The notes beneath the pieces were generated by a model. It was given only the letters and a program-made list of their open reading frames with translations. It ran no database searches and was not told the DNA's origin. Positions 1 to 11,386 of a DNA stretch of 49,930 bases are shown here, one piece after another. Positions within the stretch are counted from its first letter, which is position 1, and the number at the start of each line of letters is the position of its first letter. The stretch spans positions 3,024,923 through 3,074,852 of the forward strand of contig NC_068986.1 of NCBI RefSeq assembly GCF_001194135.2, given 5' to 3'. A program made the translations under genes and the position numbers. Source of the stretch: Octopus bimaculoides (lineage: Eukaryota).

Positions 1-392
1 GAAGTGGCTCATCCCCGGAACTTTCCATGAAGTACCTCATCCTCAGATCTTTCCAAGAAATCCTCGGAACTTTCCAGGGAGACCAATCCCCGGAATTTTC
101 CAGGAAGTAGCTCATCCTTGGACATTTCCAGGAATTACCATCCCCGGAAGTTTCCAGGAAGTAGCTCATCCTCGGAACTTTCCAGTAAGTAGTTCATTCT
201 CGGAACTTGCCAGGAAATTCTGGGAACTTTCCAGGAATTCATCGGAGCTTTCCAGGAAGTCTTCGGAACTTTCCATGAAACAATCTGAACTTTCCATGAA
301 ATCATCGGAACTTTTCCTGAAGTCCCATCTTGGGAACTTTGCAGGAAGTAGCTCACCCTCGGATCTTTACAGGAACGCCTCGGAACTTTCCA
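1..392. repeat. Degenerate minisatellite, about 16 units of 21/26/28 bp with core GGAACTTTCCAGGAA; runs off the window start
   Basis: Units read directly, e.g. gaagtagctcatcctcggaactttccag and gaagtcttcggaactttccat. Confidence 0.9.
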
Positions 393-579
393 GACACACG
401 TACGGATGGGCGTACATTCGTATATGACACAAATTTATGATTGGCAAACAGCCCGGAGGTCTGAACTCTCCGTGGAACCTTTTGCTAACACAGATATATC
501 CACTCCACCAACAAGTGTATTGAGTATTCATTTGAATTATGGTCGGCTCGGTTCCGTAACAGTTCTATTCTATATATAT

Positions 580-775
580 GTCCGCCTGTCCGTCCATCCG
601 TCTGTCGGTCCGTGCGTCTGTCCGTCTGACTGTCTGGCTGTCCGTCCGTCTGTCAGTCCGTCCGTCCGTCCGCCTGTCTATCTATCAGATTATCCGTATG
701 TATGTATGTATGTGAATGTATGTATATAAGTATGTATGTATGTGTGTGTGTGAATGTATGTACGTATGTGTGAGT
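580..775. repeat. (GTCC/GTCT)n followed by (TATG)n/(TG)n simple repeats
   Basis: Direct reading; these repeats explain track ORF 406-729. Confidence 0.85.
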
Positions 776-3159
776 AATTATGATCATGTACAAATTTAAG
801 ACATTGAAACCTATTAGTTTCACTAATATACAGTGATAATTTACTATTACATAACAGCATTACAAGAAATGTACCAAATTTTAATGACTTTATCTCGACA
901 TAATGGGCATCCTTTAATAGTTAAATACAATAAAAGATCAACAGGTTCAAACACATTCTGACAAGTAACTAAAGAAAGAGTTTTCTTATCTCGAAACAAG
1001 TATTTATTACAATAAGTATAGGCACGTTTACAAGATTTGAGCGTATAGAACCCATCTTAAGTCTAAAATCACTCTATATTCACACACAAATCCATATCTC
1101 TATATTATATGCTCCTTCGCTCAATCTGTTGTAAAAGGTACAGCTTTTATCTCCAATGTATTCACATTCATAACTTGTCTTTAAACAAATTCGTATAATA
1201 CACGTGACACCCACATGGAAAGGTACGTATTATAGTATTTCGGGGCGCCCACGTAGTTGCACCGAAACGCTATTTCGTTCCCCCAGGTGCGAAATAGCAT
1301 TCAGTGAGACAAGAAAGAGAATATGTTATTAAAATCGCTTCTGCCAACAGAAATATTTGCATCTCTCAATTGCTTAACGCGTAAAGTAAGCTCGTTAATA
1401 CATATGACGTATCTTTCTGATTCAAGGTATGTTCACAAGAATCTGTTTTGAAAGATCTTAATCGAATTCGATATCAGTCATTTCCCCAATTTTCTAAATC
1501 ACCGTTGCCCTTCAATAGACCTACAAATCTTGCACCCAAGCTTCATATTATTTCAATTAATAAATAGGTTAAATGGGCAATCAAATTTATCTTAAAGATC
1601 ATACATTTTTCCTTGGCGATTTAGTAGTGGGTGCTCGAGAAAAGAAATATAATAGTCAGTGTGTGAAATAATTTATAGCTTTTACAGCTATTAATCATTG
1701 ATTTATTTGATTTATTTTGACAAGTCACAAAACTTCATCTTGTTTTTTCTTTTTATAGACTTCGTAAAAAGAGAAGTCAATCCCTGTAGGATTGAAATCA
1801 AAGTGTAAGGAGGTGAAACTAAATATTATAAGGCATTCAGTTCAGCGTTCTACCAATACTTCCAATCAGGTTTTCATGAAAATCGCAATGCTAATAAGCC
1901 TAAACTACTGTTGTTTAGGCTTCATGGATATATACTAAAGGATCATCTAATATGTCTTGCTACTCTCGCTATGCCATGTATATATATATATATATATATT
2001 CGTAAAGGTTATCGTCTGATCACCGAGGTTATGTCCATCCCAGTTATTATTTAGATGGGTGGCCGCTTAGAAAAACCCAAGTCCTTCCTTTTCCACCCAA
2101 TTTTGGAAACCCCTAATAAATATACAGTCATGAACGTTATATTTTCCTGCAAGACGAAAAAGAAAAAGTATGTAAGGCAGAGTTTAAGTATTTAATTCAT
2201 GCTTCTAAGACGAATATTTTTTTTTTATAAAATAAAAAAATGTTAAATATATTTGATAGAAGTTCTAGGTTTGCATAGATAATGTTAAGATGTAATAAAA
2301 TAAAAACAAGCTATAGCTATGCATGTTACATTAAACACGATAAATTTTTGTAACATACTCAAGAATTCAATTGCATAACATTGCGTAATTTTCAAATACC
2401 AAAGTTTTGAAGATTCTATGTAAGCCATTGAAATTAAATTGATTTTGAGCCTCGTTCACATCTTCATGATAGTACTGAACCGTAGTAGCTAACTGGGGCC
2501 CCGACATAATTCAGTAAATCTTCTTTATTGTTTTATCAAGGCTACTAAAGCAATCAAACAGATTTAATTGTTAATCATGAATTAGGACAGAATTGCAAAA
2601 GATTGTAGCTCTGGGAAGAAATGTGTTAAGGTCAGTGCTTGAAAACTGAGTGACATAGGGACACGTGTTTCTGTCTCAATAAGCATAACGAAACCTTAAA
2701 TCTAACATATGAGATACTTAAACGTATACAAAAGGAGAAGGAAATGGATATGACCTTAGGGCAATTTGGATTATTCATACGAAGATGAGGTAAGAGAAAT
2801 AACTCACACTGTCCAATGGTATGGATATAAACAACAATGAACAAGATAAATTCTTGATTTATTGACAATAAAGAAATACCTCTTAAAAATTCAGATCAAC
2901 ATCAATGAGAGAAGGAGATAATCTACAGAACAAACATTTCTCCGATATAGACCTGCTATTAAAGAATGACGCAGAAATACGTATCCACTGCTGTTCTCTT
3001 ATGACCAGACAATCAAACCATTTTTTTTCCCCTTAAGGATATGCCTAGTTTATCATTTAAATATATATGGAGAATGTCTAGATATGTAAGTATACGCATG
3101 AGAAGACACGCATTAAACAAAACATACAAATTTGCACGTAGACATACACACATACACAC

Positions 3160-3280
3160 ATACATATAAAAATACCCTGTTGTTGATATTGAAATTCCAA
3201 TGAAGGAGCCTTGGATCTAGGTTAGAAACTGGATCTTTCTCCATTGGCAAGAAATCTTCAAATAAAACAGAATAATGACA
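3160..3280 (+). mobile_element. Fragment of a dispersed repeat, class uncertain
   Basis: gatattgaaattccaatgaaggagccttggatctaggttagaaac... resembles a repeat I recall from octopus DNA; not verified. Confidence 0.3.
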
Positions 3281-4180
3281 CACACACACACACACACATA
3301 TACAGCATGCATACCTATATAACTACCTACCTCCATCATAAGAGGCAAACCAGCAGCGGGGGGATCTTTTCATCACTGATCTTGTCAGAGAGAGAGTGAT
3401 ATCCATATCTGTCACAGCTGTCTCATCATATGTGTGCGGACGCGTGAGTGTGTGCGCGCGTGTGTGTATGTGTGCGCGCGTGTGTGTGCATGTGTGCGTG
3501 TGCGTGTGCGTGTGTACATGCATGATTATATTCAGTTCTGCCTCTCATGCTTCTAAATGCAATATGTTCTCCTAATCCAGTAAATTGTAATCTCTCTTAT
3601 AATATCCGCTTTCAAGAACTTCAACTTTTTGCCCCAACTATTCTTCTATTCTTCTGTTCTTCCATTCTTCTGCTCTACATCAATCTTCTCGTGCATTTAA
3701 CAATTTTCTCTTCAAAAAGAAACTTAAATTACCGAGGCGTGTTTGCTCCGCGCATGTGCACTGACAGACACTCATTTGTTCTCTCTCCATGTGCCTCCTC
3801 TCCTCATCCCTTTCTCTTCCTCGTTTTCTCCTATTCCTTTATCTCTCTCCCTCACTTTCCCTCTCTCTCTCTCTCCCCCTCCCTCTCTCTCCTTTTTCTC
3901 CGTACATCCCTTCTCTCTTCCTTTCTTTTTCTCCTTGCACTCTTCCCGTCTCTTTCTACTTTCTCCCCATCTCACCACGTATTGTTTTAACTTTGACTTT
4001 CTTTCGCACGCTGTCACAGTTTCCCACCCAGGTGTTTTGGAGACTATGTACACACATACATATTCGTATGTTCTTTGACCACTTAGCAATTATCAAGTAT
4101 AGTAACTTTGCATAGGAGCACGACCAGTTTTTACAGCATTTCATTTCATTTTGTTTTGGCCTTCAAAATAGTCATGGTTG

Positions 4181-4233
<53 letters not shown>

Positions 4234-4246
4234 TATTTATTGTTAA

Positions 4247-4463
4247 GGCGGCGCGCTGGCAGAGTGGTTAGCACGCCAGGCAAAATGCTTAGCGGCATTT
4301 CGTCCGTCTGCACGATCTAAGTTCAAATTCCGCTGAGGTTGACTTTGCCTTTCATCTTTTCCGAGTCGATAAATTAAGTACCAGTGAAACACTGGGGTTG
4401 ATGTCATCGACTCATCCCGTCCCCCCAAATTTCAGGCTTTGTGCCTTTAATAGAAAGGATTAT
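4247..4463 (+). mobile_element. tRNA-derived SINE family B (Meta/MESC-like central domain), near full length
   Basis: Head ggcggcgcgctggcagagtggttagc, B-box-like gttcaaattcc, central ctttcatc..gtcgataaattaagtaccag, (ATT)n tail; many related copies in the window. Confidence 0.8.
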
Positions 4464-4529
4464 TACTATTATTATTATATTATTATTATTATTATTATTA
4501 TTAGTAGTAGTAGTAGTAGTATTTATTGA

Positions 4530-4722
4530 AGCAGCGATCTGGCAGAATCGGAAGCACGCCAGATAAAATGCTTAAGCGGCATTTCCTCTATCTTTCTGTT
4601 CTAAGTTCAAATTTCGCTGAGGCCGACTTTGTCCTTCATCCTTTCGGGCTCGGGGGTCGATGTAATCTACTAGTTCCCTCCCCGAGAATTTCAGGCCTTG
4701 TGCTTTTAGTAAAAAGGATTAG
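4530..4722 (+). mobile_element. SINE family B, second tandem copy
   Basis: Aligns to 4247-4463 with an internal deletion; sits in the (ATT)n tail of the previous copy. Confidence 0.75.
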
Positions 4723-5104
4723 GATCTTCGTGGTTATCGTCACGGCATGTCGAAATTTTAAAAATTGCTTACTATGCTAAGAGAATTTCACGGTGATGTG
4801 TAAAATACTCGTTTCTGGTTGGCTAAAATACCCAAATTTTGCATGTATGTATGTATGTATGTATGCATGCATGCATCATATATATGCACGCGCTCGCGTG
4901 TGTATGTGTGTGGGTGTAAAAGATAAATGGTGGCAGAAAAAAATTGTATGACTGCATGTAGAGTATAACTTCGTGATTAGAGATACTATTGTATTTTATA
5001 AGCAAATACTAATCTTGGCAGGTACAGTGAAGTCTATATTTCGCTTAGAAAGTCCAATAACATTGAAACATGTCTGGAGTTATTTCCCTTAGATTATTAC
5101 TAAT

Positions 5105-5320
5105 ATTCTTTTCTACAATAGGCATAAGGCCCGAAATGTTGGGGGAGGAGCCAGTCGATAGGATCGATCCCTGTACGCAATTAGTACTTGATTTATTGAC
5201 CCCGAAAGGATGAAAGGCAAAGTCGAGCTCGCCGGAGTTTGAACTCAGAACGTAAAGACAGACGAAATACCGCTAAGCATTTCGCCCACCGTGCTAACGT
5301 TTCTGCCAGCTCGCCGCCCT
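5105..5320 (-). mobile_element. SINE family B, well-preserved antisense copy
   Basis: Reverse complement of the 4247 copy (ctgccagctcgccgcc end; tttgaactcagaacgtaaagac). Confidence 0.8.
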
Positions 5321-6319
5321 AAGATTATCACTAATATTGGAGCAACTACGTAGAGATTTGCTAATTGACTCGAAGTGAGTGATACACATTTACTATGAAT
5401 GGTAGAACAAGTTTGTGTTTCAGCATAAGCTGATGGTCGTGTTTAGGCTCAGGAATGGATCGAAGTCCTTGAATATAGGCGTAAAAAAAAAGGAGAATTC
5501 TCAAGTGTATCTGTTCTTGTCTGTTCTTGTTTTCAAACAAAATGAACGAAATAAATAAGTAATGGTTGGCAAGGAGAAAGATTGTCTAACTTATATTACA
5601 AGGCATAAAAGGGGTTGTAAATGAGGAAAACAGAAACAAATTATTTTTGCGACTACGTTTGAACTGGAAGTCAAAATTATGAGAGCATGAAAAAGTAACC
5701 TCTATCTCTTTTTTCATTGACACACTAAACGGTGGGAAGTAGCAAGGAATTATTCACGCAAACACCCACCTGAGTATATATAGAGAGACTGACGTTCACA
5801 GACAACGCACGTTTACGTGTGTGTGTGTGCTTGCGTTACGTATGTGTATATGTCAGTGTCTCATATTTGTCTTAGTCATTAGACTGCGGCCATGCTGGAA
5901 CACTGCCTTGAAAAGTTTTAGTCGAACGAATCGGTCGCAGTACTTATTTAGGATCTAGTTTTTTTTATTCGCAAAATACGCATTTTTTTTTTAAGAGAGT
6001 AAAAAATTTGAAAATCGGCTAAAATAATAAAGTTGTCCCGTCTAATTGCTATTAAGGTATGTTGTGGAGGGAAAAAAATGGAGACAAAAAAATTGGAGAA
6101 AAAAAGTAACAGAGGTTTAAAAATCGAAAAAACTGTGAATTTATAGCCAATAGAGAGACACATTTTCTGCTTTTAACGGAGCGGTGTCAACTTGTACCCT
6201 GTCAAATTCATAGTTTAGCGCCTGTAAAATGACCTCTTCATTGTAGGTTTCTAAATAGAGAGAAATACCTAATAAAATCAACATGTATCATCTTACTGTT
6301 TCTTTATTGATTGTATGTT

Positions 6320-6887
6320 TGGATCTTTTTTAAAACGGGGGCCAGATTTTTCATTAATGTTTTTGGTACCGAAAGACTTTCAAACTTCGTATACTTATCT
6401 ATTTTGTGTTATAGAACAGAAAAATATTTTTGTATTCGAATTTATTTCATGTAAAAAATTGTCTTATTTCGATAATTTCAACCAATCACTGACAAGTATT
6501 CAGTTGTTTATATTTACTCCTTTGGCTGATTAAGCCATAGCTTCGTTTTATTTGCTTTTTTCATTTACTTTTTTTTTCTTCGTTTTATTTGCTTTTTTCT
6601 TTTTAAATTTGCTGTTTTACCCTAACCCTAACCCTATCACCGATAGAATTGTTTCAGAATCGTTTGTTTATGTAGTCGGCACTTAATGTATATCGGCTGA
6701 ATGGACGTCAGTGATTGGTTGAAATTACAGAAATACGACAACTTTAACATGGAATAACTTAGGGATTTCTTTTTTTTTAAAGAAGACTAAGAGAAAAAGA
6801 TGTTTTATATGACACATTCTACCAGTGTTCCAAGTTTCAAAGTGTTTCGTTAATGAAAAATGTGGCCCCCGTTTTAAAAAAGATCCG
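6320..6887. mobile_element. Tc1/mariner-type MITE with long TIRs and internal (CCCTAA)3
   Basis: ggatcttttttaaaacgggggccagatttttcattaa at 6321 versus ttaatgaaaaatgtggcccccgttttaaaaaagatcc ending at 6886; TA follows the right end (6888-6889). Confidence 0.75.
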
Positions 6888-7292
6888 TATGTTTTTATTA
6901 TTTTTTAAATTTGTAATATTAATCTATTTGTCTGTATTTGTTTACTTTATGCGTATTTCAGTATTATGATTACCTGTCAGGTATTTGTGTGCATCATTAA
7001 AATATGTGATCGCGTGTGTGTGAAAAGTCTGTCCCCAAAACTTCAAAGTTGAATAATGTTTTCATGCTTGGATTTGTAAACTACGACAAAAATAACATTG
7101 GTCAACAAAGAATTTGTCCCAAGGAAAAGAATACCTGTATCTTATATGTCTTTGCGTGCAGGATTCAAAAATGTCAAATTATATGTGTAAAAACTAACAC
7201 TTCCTTTTTCCGAGCTGAGGTTCGAAACCGAATCTAAGGATTCTCGCTCGTCTGATCCACCACTGGCCAAACAGGCGCGAAAGAAAATTCTT

Positions 7293-7818
7293 TGTCCTGT
7301 CAAAAAACGAGGGATAGTTTCCTTTCGACCTCAGCCATGTCATTTAAGGTTCAAGTGGACAGGAGGCGACCTATATAGGTAGGAATTTCTCCTGTGGTAT
7401 GTCTGTCCTTCTAGCTGTCACGACCATTATAAATACAGCAATTCGTCAAAAGAAGACAGACAGAGAGAGAAAGAGATAGCCCCGAGACAGCCAGTTAAAC
7501 AGCCGACACAGGTTCAGATATTCAACATGAACGACAGTAGCAGTCACAGGACATAAGCAGACACCACCGAATGACCAACGCACACACAGACACAAAACAT
7601 GTCCAGTTCTACCCTATCATATCAGCACAGTATTTACCATGTTAATTTCTTCTCGACCAGCTCGAAGCAGTTGGTATTGTGATGTAGTGAAATATTTGGT
7701 GTATACAACAAGCAAATGCAAGTGTCGTTTAAATAAATTCTTTAAACTACAATCCGATGTTTTCCTATTGTTTTACTTTGACGTCGTCCACATGCCCATT
7801 TTATCTGTTACCTCAACA
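7293..7818 (+). mobile_element. Possible solo LTR (about 526 bp)
   Basis: TGT...ACA termini with TCTT on both sides (7289-7292, 7819-7822); internal TATAAATA near 7428 and AATAAA near 7731. The 4-bp match could be chance. Confidence 0.35.
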
Positions 7819-8235
7819 TCTTTTGCTACACCTGTTTCCACTACCTCTGTATCACCCACAATATCCCTCTCAGTTCCTGTTACGTGGGCTAAATTTCAGT
7901 TAAGCCACCGAAATGTGAAGCTAACGGTTTAAGAAATACTCCCAATTTAAATTTTTATGAATAGAATTAACCTAGTGAAACCATAAATCCAGCTCTCTGA
8001 GTCAATGAATCCCCAAAATATATCAAATGAAAAATATGTAAAAATACTAAGAGACAGAAAAAGCACAAAAAATACTAACACAGGGAAGCACAGGAAAATA
8101 TGTAATATACTAACACAGAGAAAAATTAAAACAAAACACGCGGGTGAAAAGAATCTCGTGGTGTGAAGAATCAAATGTGGAAAACCAACATAGAACAACG
8201 TACGGTACAGACAGTGAACCACAACACAATGTGCA

Positions 8236-8284
8236 GTTGTCATGGTAACAAGCTGCTAATGCCACGTTGTCTGTTGATTGGCTA
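8236..8284. promoter_or_regulatory. RFX X-box plus CCACGT plus NF-Y CCAAT module
   Basis: GTTGTCATGGTAAC (8236-8249) fits the X-box consensus; TGCCACGT at 8260-8267; AGCCAATCA on the minus strand at 8275-8283. Confidence 0.5.
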
Positions 8285-8823
8285 AAATTACCCGAATTTC
8301 CCAACTTTAATTCCAAATAATTTCAGATTCTTTAATTTACGAGATAAAGTTTGATAATTTAGAAGATAAAAGTCTGATTACGAGATAAAGGTTGATCATA
8401 ATCAAAATTCAGAGTTGCATCGATACAGTAAAATGGAAGGCAATCTAAGCAAAATTNNNNNNNNNNNNNNNNNNNNNNNNNNNNNNNNNNNNNNNNNNNN
8501 NNNNNNNNNNNNNNNNNNNNNNNNNNNNNNNNNNNNNNNNNNNNNNNNNNNNNNNNNNNNNNNNNNNNNNNNNNNNNNNNNNNNNNNNNNNNNNNNNNNN
8601 NNNNNNNNNNNNNNNNNNNNNNNNNNNNNNNNNNNNNNNNNNNNNNNNNNNNNNNNNNNNNTATATATATATATTAAAGCCTGGAATTTAATCTATCTAC
8701 CTCTTTTGTCAAACCGCTAAGTTACGAGGATTAAACACATCAACATCAACACCGGTTGTCAAATGGTGGTGAGAGACAAACACACACACACGTCAAAAGG
8801 TAATTTTGATCTCCAATGATTGC

Positions 8824-9090
8824 AATTATTAAGCTCTAATAGAATGTTTGCTTAACCTTTTAATTTCTTTTAATCGTAAGGATTTTAGGTTTTAATATTT
8901 TCCAGATAGATTATATACTTTGACTACGCTCGTCTCGCTGGTAAAGGTAACACTTGTGCTACCAACTTGGTAATAAGGGTTCGTAATTTGTCTTCATGTT
9001 GGTTGTAATTAAACCGGTTGGTTTGCTTAATACACACTTGTATACTGTCCTTTTTCGTTTTATTTATTGCGTCTTAGTAGTAAATGATAC
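8824..9090 (+). repeat. Direct repeat copy 1 (about 265 bp)
   Basis: Roughly 90% identical by eye to 10064-10317, same orientation, offset 1240 bp. Confidence 0.9.
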
Positions 9091-9183
9091 TTTGTTCAAT
9101 TAAATGGAATTGTGTGAAACGATCGTACTGCATTACCTCTGGATATCCTTGTTGCTTATTTTGATTATATATATATATAAAAC

Positions 9184-9308
9184 TAATATTCGTAGCCACA
9201 TTAACATGGGTGTCCGTTCAAGCGGTCTGTACTGCGATTTTTTAACCTCAAGAGGACATCTCTAGCTGGTTAAAATTGCGACGGAACCAGTAGTGGCTAC
9301 GAATATTA
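9184..9308. mobile_element. Small foldback MITE (125 bp)
   Basis: Perfect 16-bp inverted ends taatattcgtagccac / gtggctacgaatatta with TA termini, plus an inner imperfect inverted pair cgattttttaacc / ggttaaaattgcg. Confidence 0.65.
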
Positions 9309-9430
9309 CTTGTCAGTACAACTACTGCGTTGATCTCTAAGAGAGATTTTAGAACTAGCATTTTTGCTTGCTATATATATATATATATCCGTTGACAGGC
9401 CCCTATTTGAAATAAAGTGTTAAAACTTAC

Positions 9431-9589
9431 AGTATTCAAATTACCAGCTCCAGTTTTCTTTAACTTCAGGTATAGATGAGTATTGGCTGCTTGCTTCTCT
9501 GGAATTGGTCGAATTGATTTTGACGCCTCTGATGAAAATCCAATAAGATTCAAAAATCGATTTAGGGTGTTCATCATTTCTTCTCTAAT
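9431..9589 (-). CDS. Candidate exon (159 nt), IREEMMNTLNRFLNLIGFSSEASKSIRPIPEKQAANTHLYLKLKKTGAGNLNT
   Basis: Branch-like ctaat, then tttctccgtag acceptor and ACT|gtaagt donor; phase 0-0, open; in phase with 10421-10609. Confidence 0.35.
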
Positions 9590-9727
9590 CTACGGAGAAA
9601 CAGCTAAATTAGTCCTGTTTATAAAGTTACACACATATATATGGATACCGTATATATTCATAATATATATATATATACATATATATCGTGTAGAGTGAGG
9701 ACCATGTACTAAAGTAGCTGAGGATTC

Positions 9728-9895
9728 AACGACCCAAAGCTATTTAATGCCTTGCCAAAACATCTCAGGGATTTTTATGGAATAGGGATAGATGTTTTCA
9801 AAAAACAACTTGATGTCTCGTTGACCAAGGTACCAGATGAACCCGTATCACGGCAAGAAACTTAAAAGAGGGCAGCTGTGTCGAATTCCCTCTTT
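9728..9895 (+). mobile_element. CR1/L2-group LINE ORF2 C-terminal fragment
   Basis: Translates as PKLFNALPKHLRDFYGIGIDVFKKQLDVSLTKVPDEP...*KRAAVSNSL, typical of CR1/L2-group ORF2 ends. Confidence 0.7.
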
Positions 9896-10063
9896 CCCCA
9901 AAAGTCAACTGCATAAGAATGACCACTGCAAAGGTTATGACACTGGCGAGCCTCCAGCATGGCCACAGTATCTGAGCTGAAAGAAACAAAAGATGGAAAT
10001 ATTTGCCCTGTAGAGTTCATTTTCACTGTTTATTATATTTGTTTATTTCCTTTGCTTAATTAT

Positions 10064-10317
10064 AATTATTAAGCTCTCGTAGAATGTTCAACCTTTTAAT
10101 TTCTTTTAATCGTAAGGATTTTAGGTTTTAATCTTTTCCAGATAGATTATATACTTTGACTATGCTAGTTTCGGTGGTAAAGGTAACACTTAGGCTACCA
10201 ACTTGGTAATAAGGGTTCGTAATTTGTTTCATGTTGGTTGAAATTCAATTGGTTGGTTTGCTTAATAAATACTGTCCCTTTTCGTTTTATTTATTGCGTC
10301 TTAGTAGTAAATGATAC
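10064..10317 (+). repeat. Direct repeat copy 2
   Basis: Matches 8824-9090 from aattattaagctct to gtaaatgatac. Confidence 0.9.
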
Positions 10318-10420
10318 ATAAAAAGTTCTCAGCGACAGTTTTACGCACCCGTCTAATGTTGTTTCTCTTTTTAAGTTTCAGTTATTGTAATGAGTATTTC
10401 TTTCTTTTGTATTATCTTAC

Positions 10421-10609
10421 ACGCAGATTGTCTAACTTTAAACTAACTGTTTGTGTCATTATTGGTTCGGTCAGATACATGTATTGTGTTGTGAATTCTT
10501 GTTCTATCATGTGTACATGCATGCATGCGATGCTTCTATGTTTTGTAATTTCTGAGCATCGCTTGAATGTTCTTCGACATTCCGGACACCGTTGGGTTGA
10601 ATGATACAG
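10421..10609 (-). CDS. Candidate exon (189 nt) of an unidentified gene or transposase, containing a C2HC zinc finger CPECRRTFKRCSEITKHRSIAC
   Basis: tttcagtacgtag|CTG...CGT|gtaaga; phase 0-0, 63 open codons; CX2CX3FX5IX2HX4C pattern. Confidence 0.35.
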
Positions 10610-11386
10610 CTACGTACTGAAATTGCAAAGATTTCCAACAGAACAGCTGATGAAGGGATGTCTGTCTGAATTAAAACTATTATTATTGTGATTCGTATGT
10701 AGTTATTTGTACACTTTCCTCTTTTTTTTTTTATTCAGCAAATTAAATGTTACCCCGTTTATTGTTCTACTGACAGTAGAACCCTAAATATCGACTGCAC
10801 TGCCCCAAAATGTCATATCCAAGCCACACCAACAGGAAAAAGCTGGCGTGAAAACGATAACTACGGAAATACCACCGATCATTAGCCTGCTCAAAGTTGA
10901 CCTGAGTCTAAAAAACAACTACAACGCTATATTATTCTCAAATATTGCTTTGGCAATTTTACTTTTGCTTCTCTTTGGTAAATCTAAGAGTTGGCAGATG
11001 TACTCTCATCAAAATTTCTGCTGCAAAATGCAAACTCTTCACGGCTATTTTATATTACTAAACAACGTATATGGCTGTGTGGTTAATAAATTTGGTTAGT
11101 GACCATGCAGTTCTGAATTCAGTTCTACCATAGACAAGTCTCTTCTACTTTAGCTTCTGGCTGACCGATACCTAGGGAGTGAAATTTGGGGAGAAAGAAA
11201 TCTGTCATGTCTACATAACACACACATTATGTATGTATTCTTAAGAATATTACTGACAGTGACTTTGATGTTTCAGCCAGTAAAGCCAGCATCTGATTTT
11301 GTCTTGTAAACAAAGGATCTAGGTTTATTTCTATTGTCTGTTTATTTTAAATAAGTTCATTGAAAGATGGTGCCCTAGCATAGCCA

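Noticed and set aside
3547-4144. Overlapping ORFs of 100-150 aa
   Set aside because: They come from (CT)n/pyrimidine low-complexity sequence; no domain or splice logic.
6619-6636. Telomere or interstitial telomeric site
   Set aside because: Only about three CCCTAA units, inside a TIR-bounded MITE.
8260-8281. ER stress element (ERSE)
   Set aside because: Orientation and spacing do not fit CCAAT-N9-CCACG or ATTGG-N-CCACG.
10610-10665. Minus-strand reading RHPFISCSVGNLCNFST* resembling a Ly6/three-finger CCxxxxCN end
   Set aside because: One Cys of the CC pair is missing and I found no upstream Cys-rich exons; probably chance.
10739-11099. Plus-strand Cys-rich exon followed by a TM-like ORF (10848-11099)
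   Set aside because: The two parts are in different frames across an A5 run and have no recognisable homology; kept only as context for the 8.8-10.3 kb finding.
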